Part shown: in pieces, positions 30,939 through 39,608 of the stretch
How the letters are laid out: every line of letters begins with the position of its first letter
Numbering within the stretch: position 1 is the first letter of the stretch
Translations under genes and position numbers: made by a program
Assembly (NCBI GenBank): GCA_963788655.1
Contig: CAWBHS010000060.1
Coordinates: 256,001 to 320,000 of the forward strand
Direction of reading: 5' to 3'
Origin: an uncultured Verrucomicrobiae bacterium
Lineage (GTDB): Bacteria; Verrucomicrobiota; Verrucomicrobiia; Limisphaerales; JAFGQR01
Length of the DNA: 64,000 nt
Notes under the pieces: model-generated
What the model saw: the letters and a program-made list of their open reading frames with translations, nothing else
Databases searched by the model: none
What the model was told of the DNA's origin: nothing

Positions 30939-32456
30939 TCAGTCCATCCAATGCGTGAGCACCGTTTTACGTTGTTGGTTCTGCATGATCTGGGGATCCA
31001 CGTAATAGGAGTCGTTGACAAAGTGCGTGGAGGAAATCTCCTCGAAGATCACGCCGTCGGTGGTGCGGAAGGAATGCCGGGTGCCGCGCGGCACCAGCAC
31101 CTGATCGCCGGCCTGGCAGTGGCGATCCGCTCCGTTCAGACAGAGGGTCATCTCGCCATGCACCACATAAAAAGTTTCTTCTTTCTGCTGATGATAATGC
31201 TCTGGATGCCGCTGGCCCGGCAGCATGGCGATGAGTTTCTTGCAATACTCACGATTGACCACGTTGAGCAACACCGCGCCGCACTCCGGAAACTTGTCCA
31301 TGCCGTAATGATGGGAGATTTCCAGATCGGGGCGCGTTGTGGGCAGGATGATCCGCCCTTTCTTGAGCAGCATCTTCACCTCGCCGAGGGCGTCGGTCAA
31401 CGCGGCGCGACGGTCGGTGATCTCCAGGTCTTGTTCGAGAATCGGAGCCTGGGCGGCAATGGGCGCGGTGATTTTGAAGGTCACGTATTTGGAACATTGG
31501 TTGGCCACCACCTGGCCGGGCACGGCGGGGAACGCCAGGAAATAGTGCTCCGGCCCGAGCATCTGGCCCGCCGGCAGATCCGTCCGGGCAAACGCGCCGC
31601 GTTGCAGGGCGCGCAGTTGCCGCCGCTCCTCCGGGTTCGCCGCGCGGCCGTCGCCGTTCTGGCGGCAGATGGTCCACGCCCGGTGGGCGGCCTGCAGCCA
31701 AAGACGCAACTCCGCCGGGGTGACGCTGTAGGCGTTGCGAGGGTAACGCTCCGTGGCCACCGCCACGTGGCGTTCGAACACGGAGGCGCCGCGCGACATG
31801 GCCAGAACGACGCCATACGTTTCTTCGGGCGGCTCGTGGCTGGAGAAACCCACGCGCAGGTGTGGGTAGCGCCTGCGCAGAAGATCCAGGCGCGACAAGG
31901 CCAGACGCTCGGGCGGCACCGGGTATTCTGCCACGCAATGCAACACCGCCAGCGATTTCTGGCGGTGATGGAAGAAGCTCACCACCGCATCAATTTCCTC
32001 TTCCAACGCCCCGCCCACGGAGGCCACGAACGGTTTGTCCACCCGAGCCAGACGCTCCAGCAACGGCCAGTCGCTAAAGGAACAACTGGCGATCTTCACG
32101 TAATCGAACCCGTGCGCCTCGATCCGGTCCACGGATGGTTCGTCAAACGGCGTACACATGGTCTTGAATCCCTCGGTCTGGGCCGCGTCCTTCAACGCCC
32201 GGAACTCATCGTCGGTCAGGCGGGTGCTCTGGAAACGATCCACCAGTTTGACGTCCTTGCGCTCGCGATAGGCGGGGTGGATGAAGGTGTCGAGATGGCG
32301 GTACTGCAATTTGAAGGCGAACTCGAATTCGCCGGCCAGTTCCCGGGTCACCGCCGCGCATTCGCGCACGACCCGGAGTCCGTGGGCGAGTTCGCCCATG
32401 TGGTTGTTGGCCAGCTCCAGGATAAAGAGCGGTTTAGAATGTCCGTTGGATTTCAT
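30939..32456 (-). CDS. N-acetylneuraminate synthase-family (NeuB) protein fused to C-terminal cupin (D-lyxose isomerase-like)
   Basis: ELANNHMG, KLQ, TPFD, KIAS, HCVAEYP, GFSSHE and FERH. Cupin motif YCKKL...HPEHYH..KEETF...HSF...EEIS. Confidence 0.88.
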   Translation of the reverse strand: MKSNGHSKPLFILELANNHMGELAHGLRVVRECAAVTRELAGEFEFAFKLQYRHLDTFIHPAYRERKDVKLVDRFQSTRLTDDEFRALKDAAQTEGFKTMCTPFDEPSVDRIEAHGFDYVKIASCSFSDWPLLERLARVDKPFVASVGGALEEEIDAVVSFFHHRQKSLAVLHCVAEYPVPPERLALSRLDLLRRRYPHLRVGFSSHEPPEETYGVVLAMSRGASVFERHVAVATERYPRNAYSVTPAELRLWLQAAHRAWTICRQNGDGRAANPEERRQLRALQRGAFARTDLPAGQMLGPEHYFLAFPAVPGQVVANQCSKYVTFKITAPIAAQAPILEQDLEITDRRAALTDALGEVKMLLKKGRIILPTTRPDLEISHHYGMDKFPECGAVLLNVVNREYCKKLIAMLPGQRHPEHYHQQKEETFYVVHGEMTLCLNGADRHCQAGDQVLVPRGTRHSFRTTDGVIFEEISSTHFVNDSYYVDPQIMQNQQRKTVLTHWMD

Positions 32457-33586
32457 GCAGCCACCGGGAGCAGGCCGGAGTGGTCCCGCCCAGTTTGGTA
32501 GAATTGCAGGGTTCGTGCGACCGCACTGGCAAAAGGAATCCACACCTCCAGGCCCAGTTCCTGCCGGGCGCGGCGAATATCAGGCACGTAATTGGCAGCC
32601 GCCGCGGACGGCTGGGCCTGCCCGCCCAGGACCACCGGGAGAGGGCGCACCGCCCGGGTGGCGACCGCTTCCGCCACGGCGCGAATGGACACGGCTTCGT
32701 CGGAACCCACGTTGTACACCTGCGACGGACTGGCGCGCAGCAGCAGCGTCCACAGCCAGATCGCCAGGTCGGCCGCGTAGAGATAAGACCGCACCGCCGC
32801 GCCATCGCTCTTCACCTCGATGACCGGCCGGTGCAACGCATCGTGAATGAAATTGCCGATGGCGTAATGCGCCTGCAAGGGCAGCCCCGGTCCCACGAAG
32901 GCGAAGCCGCGCGCGATCTTGCACTCCATGGCATGCTGCTCCTGGAACATGGCGCCGAGCAATTCCATGAGCCGCTTGCCTTCCGCATACGCCGCAAAGG
33001 CCGATGCACACGCCGGCGCGCCGGAGAAGTCTTCCGTCAACGGACCCGTGGCCGGCGCGGCGGAGCCATAAACCGCGCCGGAGCTGAGCAGCAAGATACG
33101 CGTGACCGATTGCGCCGCCGCCCATTCGAGCACCCGGCGCGTGCCGCTGTACAAAGTATCGAGCACCCGCAACGGCGCGGTCCGGGCGCTCTGCGGCCCG
33201 GTTTCGGCCGCCGCGTGAATTACGAAGCCAATGCGGCCGGCCACACTCTCCGCCGCCGCTGCGGCCAGGTCGGCTGGATCAAAGCTGCGAACCTCACCAC
33301 GGACCAACTGGATGGCCGGATTGGCGGCCAGGTGGGGCGCGTGGGCGGCGAACTGTTCGGGATTGCGCGTCAATACCACCGCCTGCGCTTGCAAATCCAG
33401 CGCTTGGTTGGCATGCACGAAACCCTCCAACAACCAGCGGCCAATGAAGCCGGTGCCGCCGGTAATCAGCACGGATTCACGGCGCAACGCCGACCAAACG
33501 GCGCGGGTGTGGTCCAAGATATGGTCAAGGTCGGCTTCCGGCACGGGCGCCGCCTCACGGTTCATCACGTTCTGCATTCGCATCAT
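32453..33586 (-). CDS. NAD-dependent epimerase/dehydratase (extended SDR)
   Basis: ITGGTGFIG, IHAA, SSGAVYG, YAEGK, RSYLY and YNVGS. The start codon is uncertain (33586 or 33565). Confidence 0.9.
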   Translation of the reverse strand: MMRMQNVMNREAAPVPEADLDHILDHTRAVWSALRRESVLITGGTGFIGRWLLEGFVHANQALDLQAQAVVLTRNPEQFAAHAPHLAANPAIQLVRGEVRSFDPADLAAAAAESVAGRIGFVIHAAAETGPQSARTAPLRVLDTLYSGTRRVLEWAAAQSVTRILLLSSGAVYGSAAPATGPLTEDFSGAPACASAFAAYAEGKRLMELLGAMFQEQHAMECKIARGFAFVGPGLPLQAHYAIGNFIHDALHRPVIEVKSDGAAVRSYLYAADLAIWLWTLLLRASPSQVYNVGSDEAVSIRAVAEAVATRAVRPLPVVLGGQAQPSAAAANYVPDIRRARQELGLEVWIPFASAVARTLQFYQTGRDHSGLLPVAA

Positions 33587-33639
33587 GCTCCGTCGTTGGG
33601 ATCCCCTGCAACCAGCCGGCGCGTCGGTATTGATGGGCT

Positions 33640-33830
33640 TTGGCGGCGAGTTTTTCGGCCAAGGTCTGCAAGTCGCCGGGCTCAAAGCCGAACTGGCGGT
33701 AACCCGGCGTTTGGTCGTATGCATGCCGCACGGCCTTCCGAAGTTGGGCCAATTGATAGCGGGCGATTTGGTCGGCGCTCCAGTCATTCGCCTGTGCCAG
33801 GAAGTCGCGCCATTCACAATATAGTGGCGG
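33640..33830 (-). pseudogene. N-terminal fragment of phenylacetate-CoA ligase-like (PaaK/CapK) protein
   Basis: Frame reads EWRDFLAQANDWSADQIARYQLAQLRKAVRHAYDQTPGYRQFGFEPGDLQTL. No good start and no AMP-binding core follow. Confidence 0.55.
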
Positions 33831-33873
33831 TTGCGCAGATCCGCATGCAATGGGCGGGTGGGGAGGGAGGCCC

Positions 33874-34056
33874 TCATGGTATCAATCCAGGAGCAAGGCG
33901 GGGGATTTGCCTCAGGTCTGTGCGCAGCCCGAGTGCGATTTGGGCTGTCAGGTGTCCCCCCAGCCTGGAGGAATGGTGGAAGTTGCACGGACGCCGGTCC
34001 CAGTAGTCCTGGACGGCCTGCACCGGGGTCTTGCTGAAGGGATTGCTGAACGTCAT
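33874..34056 (-). pseudogene. Remnant of class I SAM methyltransferase with core deleted
   Basis: VQDYWDRRPCNFHHS is an N-terminal motif I recognise from glycan-cluster methyltransferases. It is followed almost directly by a C-terminus-like RLGGHL, and its ATG overlaps the upstream stop (ATGA). Confidence 0.5.
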
Positions 34057-35196
34057 ACCGCGAGGGCTTCCGCCGGGTCTTGCCGCGCGAGGCCCTCGTA
34101 GTGCTCGTAGGTCTTGCGCACGGTGGTTTCGAAATCAATCCAGAACGTCCAGGCCCAGTTCGCGCCGGGCGCGGCTGATGTCGGGCACGTAGTAGGACGC
34201 GCGCTCGCGTTCAATGGGCGTCGGGGACACGATCTCCGGCGAGGGCCAGGGCTGGGCACTCAACCGGCCCACCTGGGCGGCGATGGCGGGCATCGAGACG
34301 GCTTCGTCGGAACCGACGTTATAGACCGACGAGGGACTGTCGCGCAGGAGGATCGTCCACAGCCAGATGGCGAAGTCGGCCAGGTATAGATAGGAACCCA
34401 CGGAAGGAACGGGAGCCGGCCGGGAAGCCGCAGGCCCGGCCAAGGCCTGCTGCAACAGGTACCCGAGGGGGTCCGACACCCGCAACAGCATGCCTGGACC
34501 GGCGACGCCAAAACAGCGGGCGACTTTGCAGTCCAGTTCATATTCCTTATGAAAGATCGCCCCCAGCAGTTCCATCACCCGCTTGCCTTCGGCAAAGACG
34601 TTCCCGGGGAGATCGCAGCCGGGCGCGCATCGCGCGTCTTCGGCCAGTGGCGCGGTGCCGGGCAGGCCGGCCCCGTAAATCGCCCCCGAGCCGAGGAGCA
34701 GCACCCGCAGGGCGGATTGGGTGACGGCCCATTCGAGCACGCGGCGGGTGCCGGAGTGCAACACGTCGAGATCGCGTAACGCCATGGGGCAGGGCGACTG
34801 CGGTTCTGCGGCATGGACCACAAAGCGAATGTCCCCGGGAAGCTGGCCCGCGAGCTGGCTCAGATCGTCAGGATCGAATTGGCGAACGTCACCGCGAAGG
34901 AGTAGGAGGGCGGGATTGGTGGCGAGGTGGGGGGCGCGGGCGGCGAAGTGCTCGGGCCGCCGGGTCAGCACCACCGCGCGCGCCTGAAGATCCAGGGCCT
35001 GGTTGGCGTGACAGAAGCTCTCCAGGAGCCAGCGTCCAAGGAAGCCGGTGCCGCCGGTGATAAAGAGCGTCTCGCGGCGCAGGCTGGACCACAGGTCACG
35101 GGTGTGGTCGAGCACATGTTCGAGATCAGCGCGTGGGAGCGGGTTCATTGCCATATTCATACGGTTTGCATCCTGCAGTACTTCGTGGTCATTCAT
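34053..35196 (-). pseudogene. Degenerate paralog of the SDR epimerase with catalytic Y->F and a frameshift near 34145
   Basis: Strongly similar to 32453-33586 but FAEGK replaces YAEGK. ELGLDV continues as WIDFETT in a shifted frame ending at 34053. Confidence 0.75.
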
Positions 35197-35345
35197 TCCA
35201 TTTCATCGCGACCGCGCCCCTACGTTCCTGCGCTTCCCGGTTCCGGCGAACTTTCCCCGGTCAGAATCCGTGAAATTCAGCCTCCACGGTTGCCGGCGCC
35301 GGCAGCGCGCGTGACGGACGCCCCGGCCGTCCCGACCGAGAAACG

Positions 35346-36149
35346 TTATTGCAGCAACCGCAGCACGCTTTGCGGCAAGGCGTTGGCTTGCGCCAGCATC
35401 GCCGTACCCGATTGCACCAGGATGTTGTAGCGGGCGTATTGCGTGGCTTCGTCGGCCACGTTGACATCCTGAATGCGCGAACTGGCCGCAGTGAGGTTCT
35501 CTTTGCTGATGGTCAATTGGTCAGACGTAAAATTCAACCGGGCCTGGAAGGCGCCAATGGTGGCGCGGTCGGCCGCCAGTTGGGCGATGGCGGTCTTCAC
35601 CGTGTTCAGCGCCGCCAGGGCCAAGGTGGTCGTGGTCACGCCGGCACTGGTCGCGTCCGTGTAGGCCTGGGAGCTCATATTGACTCCCCCCATTTGAAAG
35701 GTATTGCCTTCGGAGTCGAGAGTCACGTTGAGGGTGTTGGCCGAGAACAGGCTGACGCCGTTGAAATCCTTGGTGGCGGTGTTGAGAATATACGCCGACA
35801 ACTGGGTAAATTCCGTGTTGTAGAGATCCCGATCCGAATCGCCCTTGGTCACGTCCTGCGCCAGCAGGCTCAGTTCGCTCATGCGATCCAGGGCACTGGC
35901 GATTTTCTTCAAATAACCGTCCTGGGTTTGCGTGAACGAGATCGCGTTGACGACGTTGGTCTTGGCGGCCTCCGTGCGTTTGACCTGGCTGTCCAGTCGG
36001 GAAGCAACCGCCAAGCCGGCGGCGTCGTCCGAGGGATTGATGATCTTGGAGCCAGAACTCAGGCGGCCGAGCGATTTGGCCAACATGTCCTGGCTGGTTT
36101 GCAGGTTGGTGGCGGCGGCAAGCGCCTGAATGTTTGTATTGATAACCAT
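35346..36149 (-). CDS. fliC: Flagellin (short, 267 aa)
   Basis: MVINTN...RLSSGSKI..PSDDAAGLA at the N-terminus. RATIGA.Q.RL, ENLTAASSRIQD and AMLAQAN..PQSVLRLL at the C-terminus. Confidence 0.97.
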   Translation of the reverse strand: MVINTNIQALAAATNLQTSQDMLAKSLGRLSSGSKIINPSDDAAGLAVASRLDSQVKRTEAAKTNVVNAISFTQTQDGYLKKIASALDRMSELSLLAQDVTKGDSDRDLYNTEFTQLSAYILNTATKDFNGVSLFSANTLNVTLDSEGNTFQMGGVNMSSQAYTDATSAGVTTTTLALAALNTVKTAIAQLAADRATIGAFQARLNFTSDQLTISKENLTAASSRIQDVNVADEATQYARYNILVQSGTAMLAQANALPQSVLRLLQ

Positions 36150-36178
36150 ACGTTACGAGGGGGTTCTGTTTTTGTCGG

Positions 36179-36204
36179 CGGACCTGCGTCCATGAGGTGG
36201 TCCG
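36179..36204 (-). promoter_or_regulatory. Putative CsrA-binding hairpin in flagellin leader
   Basis: mRNA cggaccaccuCAUGGACGcagguccg has a CANGGANG match inside a stem-loop, with further GGA motifs nearby. Confidence 0.6.
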
Positions 36205-36232
36205 ACACCGGTTCAGGTCCTAATCAAAGTCA

Positions 36233-36454
36233 TCAGGTTTCGTCAGTCAGTTTGGGGACGGCCCGGCGCTGGTCGGCGGCCGCCGCCTGGTTGTTCTTTT
36301 GAATTTCGTCGTACACCTCCTGGCGATGTACCGGCACGGAGGTGGGCGCCTGGATGCCCAGTTTCACCACGTCGCCGTCCAAGCGGACAATCTTCACGGT
36401 GATCCGTCCGTCAATAACGATGTTTTGATTAATTTTGCGCGCAAGGACGAGCAT
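36233..36454 (-). CDS. csrA: Carbon storage regulator CsrA
   Basis: MLVLARK..Q.IVI...VKLGIQAP..VPVHRQEVY. Confidence 0.97.
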   Translation of the reverse strand: MLVLARKINQNIVIDGRITVKIVRLDGDVVKLGIQAPTSVPVHRQEVYDEIQKNNQAAAADQRRAVPKLTDET

Positions 36455-36480
36455 AGGAAGGGGCAGTGGGGCAGCATGGT

Positions 36481-36936
36481 TTACGACTTCGCCACCGGCA
36501 ATGGGTGCTGCAAGGCGTACTCCGCCGAGTTGAGCGGCACGACTTGCTTGCCCGCCAGCGTGTGACGGTTGATGACGATGGGGCCTTTGAGATTCACCGT
36601 GGCGCTGCCGTCCTTGTGCATCGTCACAATGTTGAACACCATGGCCTCCTGCGGATTGGTCAGGCCGATGCTGGCGGCATCGTCGGTACTGATGTCCGGA
36701 TGGTAATCATCGACCACCATCACCGGCGAAATCAGCAGGAACGCCATCTTGGGTTCCTCGGCCATTTGCAGCCACAGGAAAGGCGCCTCTTCCGGGCTAC
36801 CCAACAGTTGATACTTCTTGGCGGCCTCAAAGCCCAAGAGTCCTTCGGCAAAATGAACGACGCCCTGGGTGGGATCGGTCTGACCTTCGACCGGTCGCGG
36901 TTCGCACTCCATTACACTTGTTTCTGCGCATTTCAT
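36481..36936 (-). CDS. fliW: Flagellar assembly factor FliW
   Basis: F.EGLLGFE, PFLWLQ, TVNLKGPIVIN and GKQVV motifs, adjacent to csrA. Confidence 0.93.
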   Translation of the reverse strand: MKCAETSVMECEPRPVEGQTDPTQGVVHFAEGLLGFEAAKKYQLLGSPEEAPFLWLQMAEEPKMAFLLISPVMVVDDYHPDISTDDAASIGLTNPQEAMVFNIVTMHKDGSATVNLKGPIVINRHTLAGKQVVPLNSAEYALQHPLPVAKS

Positions 36937-36966
36937 ATTATCTATGTCCGTTCGAAGGCAACTTTT

Positions 36967-36982
36967 AGCAGAGGGTGTGCCA
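36967..36982 (-). promoter_or_regulatory. Putative sigma54 (-24/-12) promoter upstream of fliW
   Basis: Minus strand TGGCACACCCTCTGCT matches GG-N10-GC, about 30 nt before the fliW ATG. Confidence 0.6.
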
Positions 36983-37286
36983 CGGGGAAAAAACCCGCTC
37001 ATTTCCGGCATATAACCGCCCCAAGGCGGAAAAAGACGCATCGACACCCGGCCACTGAGTGCAAAAAGTCCCTCGGGCCGGTCGGAACGGAAATTTTATC
37101 CAAAACACTAGGAGTTATTTTCCTGACCGCGTGGTGCCATGGAAGAGTTTGCTTGCGAAGTCAGGAATCTGCCGTCGCGTCCAAGCCGAAGTCGCCGACT
37201 TGAGGAAGCGGAGCACCTCTGGTCGCGTCGGAACCGCCGCCTCATGTCAGCGGTTGCAGATACAGTTTACGGGTGAAGCACCCGGA

Positions 37287-37745
37287 TCAACGCGAAATGT
37301 CCGACTGTTTCAACAGCCGAAACTGATGCCGCGTGAGAACCTGCGTGGCCATCTCGTCATCTTCCAACTGGAGCGCCAAGAGCGATTTGCCATGCGGATG
37401 GGGAATGAAGGAATAGAGGTAATTGATATTGATCTCGGCTTCCAGCAAGGCCGCCATCAGCCGGGGCAGGTCGGTGGCAGCATCCATTTCGACGACCAGC
37501 AGACTGTTCTCGGTAAAGGCGAAGTCCTGATCCTTAAACAAGCGGCGCGCCTGATCCGGATCGTCCACCACCAACCGAATGATCGCATTGTCCGTGGTGT
37601 CCAGGACCGTCAACGCCAACACGTGAACAGCCCGCGAATTCAACAATCCCACCAGCTCGTTCAGCCGCCCCAGTCGATTGGCGGTGAAGACTGAAAACTG
37701 GACCACAGGGTCCGCCCGTCGGCCTTGCATGGTTCGTTCTACCAT
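37287..37745 (-). CDS. Tandem ACT-domain protein
   Basis: QFSVFTANRLGRL, IIRLVVDDPD.A and AEININYLYSF. Confidence 0.85.
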   Translation of the reverse strand: MVERTMQGRRADPVVQFSVFTANRLGRLNELVGLLNSRAVHVLALTVLDTTDNAIIRLVVDDPDQARRLFKDQDFAFTENSLLVVEMDAATDLPRLMAALLEAEININYLYSFIPHPHGKSLLALQLEDDEMATQVLTRHQFRLLKQSDISR

Positions 37746-37854
37746 CAAGGTAATAAACCACAAACGACCCGCTAATGCATCACTTTTTGACGCGGACCTG
37801 ACCAAGGAAGCGGGGGCCGTCGCTCGCGCGAATCACCGTTGAAGAAGGCCCAAG

Positions 37855-38037
37855 GTCCAATGACCAATGACCAGAGAAGGCCCAAAAACCAAGCCCGAAT
37901 TCAACTTCCGACCGGCTCCCGATACGCCGCCGGGTCTTCTCACATGTATTCTCACCACTCAAGCGGCCCGACCACCACCCACTTGGTCATTGCGTCTTGG
38001 TCATTCTCTGGACATTGGACATTGGGCATTGAGCATT
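37855..38037. repeat. Inverted heptamer-repeat arms (CCAATGA)n ... (CATTGGD)n
   Basis: ccaatgaccaatgacca on the left, ttggtcatt...ggacattggacattgggcattgagcatt on the right, with no ORF between. Confidence 0.65.
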
Positions 38038-38042
38038 AACCG

Positions 38043-39011
38043 TTAGCGCAGTTCCGGCAGAGGAATTTGAACAAACACCTCCCACTGTTTTTCAAGCACC
38101 GACGCTTCCGGTTTGCCGGCATGGACGTACAGGCCATACCGCAACCGAAGCGATTCCCTGGCCTTCAACACCCGCGGTGCCTCGTGCGTCAACGACGCGC
38201 CCATCCAACCATCATCGCGAACGTGGAAGACCGTGGGATGATTCGCGTTGCCCGGATGATCCATCAAGGTGATGCCTTCCGTAGCCTCACTCGTGATGGG
38301 CCCGGAATAGTCCACCCACCGGGCACGTTTCCAAAAACAACCGGCCTCGTTGACGCCACCTTCGGAATTGCGAATCGTGCCGCCGCCGTCATGCACGCCA
38401 ATGGTCTTGGCCATCCGCACTCCGATCAAGCCAAAGGGCGTTTTGCCCAGCGTGACCTCCCCGTCCTTGGCATCCAGGCGGAGATCGATCAACAGCATCC
38501 ATTCGCCATCGCGCAGCCAACGGGCCGAGGTTTGGCGAACTTCCTGCAAAAGCACCTTGCCCTCGTCCGTGGTCCAGGCATTGCGCGATCGCACCAACGC
38601 TTCTTCCGGACCATCTTCCAACCGCTCGATCCGCTGATGGATAATCCGGCCCTTGCCCTTGTCACCCCAAAAACTGATGCCGTTCACGTCATGGTGCGAA
38701 ATCCACACCGAGTTGTGATGACTGTGCGTCTCCGGATCATGCGGATGCCCCATCCGCGTCAACGAACGACCGGATGGCCCAATCACGGGAAACACAAACG
38801 GGCGTCGCAGGTCGGGTCCAAAATAATACCGGGCCAATTCCGCGCCGCGGTGCTGAAACGAAACCTGCTGATACGGCAGCGGAATGACCTGCATGTCGGG
38901 CACCGGTTTGGGCGGGGGCGGCTTCGGAGTGGAGGCCGCATAACCCGAACCGGCCACCGACAAAACCACGCTGCAAAGAAATCCGATTGGTTTCAGAAAA
39001 GTCGTTTTCAT
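38043..39011 (-). CDS. Secreted PmoA-family (DUF6807-like) protein, not a true methane monooxygenase
   Basis: Signal peptide, RPFVFPV, HSHH.SVW, GLIGVR, RWVDYSG and DHPGN..HP..FHVRD.G. Confidence 0.7.
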   Translation of the reverse strand: MKTTFLKPIGFLCSVVLSVAGSGYAASTPKPPPPKPVPDMQVIPLPYQQVSFQHRGAELARYYFGPDLRRPFVFPVIGPSGRSLTRMGHPHDPETHSHHNSVWISHHDVNGISFWGDKGKGRIIHQRIERLEDGPEEALVRSRNAWTTDEGKVLLQEVRQTSARWLRDGEWMLLIDLRLDAKDGEVTLGKTPFGLIGVRMAKTIGVHDGGGTIRNSEGGVNEAGCFWKRARWVDYSGPITSEATEGITLMDHPGNANHPTVFHVRDDGWMGASLTHEAPRVLKARESLRLRYGLYVHAGKPEASVLEKQWEVFVQIPLPELR

Positions 39012-39145
39012 GGTGTTCTGCTTGCGAGATGACTACCTGCTTGCGCGAATCAATTCAATCTCAAGCAATGGGAAGCACCGGCACCCATGGTGGGAACCTT
39101 CCTCGGAGTTCCGGATAATCTGATTGAATGCTCATTGGCATTGAT

Positions 39146-39214
39146 GGCGGCATGTCAGATGTACCTCGTAGATATCGGCTACATCCTCAACCACCCGCCC
39201 GCCGGCAAGAAGCC
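39146..39214 (+). repeat. Copy A of beta-propeller 3'-end fragment
   Basis: Encodes QMYLVDIGYILNHPPAGK and matches the copies at ~40550-40615 and ~42370-42435. Confidence 0.8.
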
Positions 39215-39219
39215 AGCCG

Positions 39220-39333
39220 CTCGAAACGCCGATCTTCCGGCAACTCATTTCCGGCAAGATCAGCGACCACACCCGCGTCAGGGGTGAATTCAAGACAGGG
39301 AATGGTCTTCGTGACAAAGGCGGCGAAGAACAA
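39220..39333 (+). pseudogene. Copy A of ClpB-like C-terminal fragment
   Basis: LETPIFRQLISGKISDHTRV, similar to 40091-40190 and 42630-42751. Confidence 0.65.
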
Positions 39334-39362
39334 GGAACAGCGCGTTCCGCCTTCTTCCGAAA

Positions 39363-39608
39363 TCAAAGCACGGGCAATTCGTCGCCCGGCAGCGGTGGCA
39401 CGTCCGGCGCTTTCGACAATACCGCAAGAAACTTCTCCCGACTTCCACGCTTAGCCCGCTCAGCGATGACTCTCTCGGTTTGCCATGCTCCCATCGCCTG
39501 CGCCAGTGCGAGGGAGAGCAACCGCTCTACCGGCACCTTTTCACGCTCCGCCATCGCGACCGCTTGTTTGTAGATCGCATCGGGCACTTCTGTTTGCATC
39601 GTTGTCAT
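39363..39608 (-). CDS. Putative antitoxin (RHH-like)
   Basis: 81 aa, overlaps the PIN gene stop (ATGA), with tail RAKRGSREKFLAVLSKAPDVPP.PGDEL. Confidence 0.75.
   Translation of the reverse strand: MTTMQTEVPDAIYKQAVAMAEREKVPVERLLSLALAQAMGAWQTERVIAERAKRGSREKFLAVLSKAPDVPPLPGDELPVL

Noticed and set aside
32453..34138. 561-aa ORF as an N-terminally extended epimerase
   Set aside because: The first ~185 aa are out-of-frame translation across pseudogene remnants; SDR similarity begins near 33586.
36937..36966. Sigma28 promoter for the flagellin unit
   Set aside because: TAAA is present but there is no GCCGATAA-like -10 at correct spacing; the sigma54 match is better.
37287..37745. ACT protein as the regulatory subunit of the ThDP enzyme at 26288-28105
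   Set aside because: It lies about 9 kb away, upstream of the putative sigma54 promoter, and belongs to a stand-alone tandem-ACT family.
38043..39011. Particulate methane monooxygenase subunit
   Set aside because: It is a soluble secreted protein with no TM bundle and no pmoB/pmoC neighbours; the family name is misleading.
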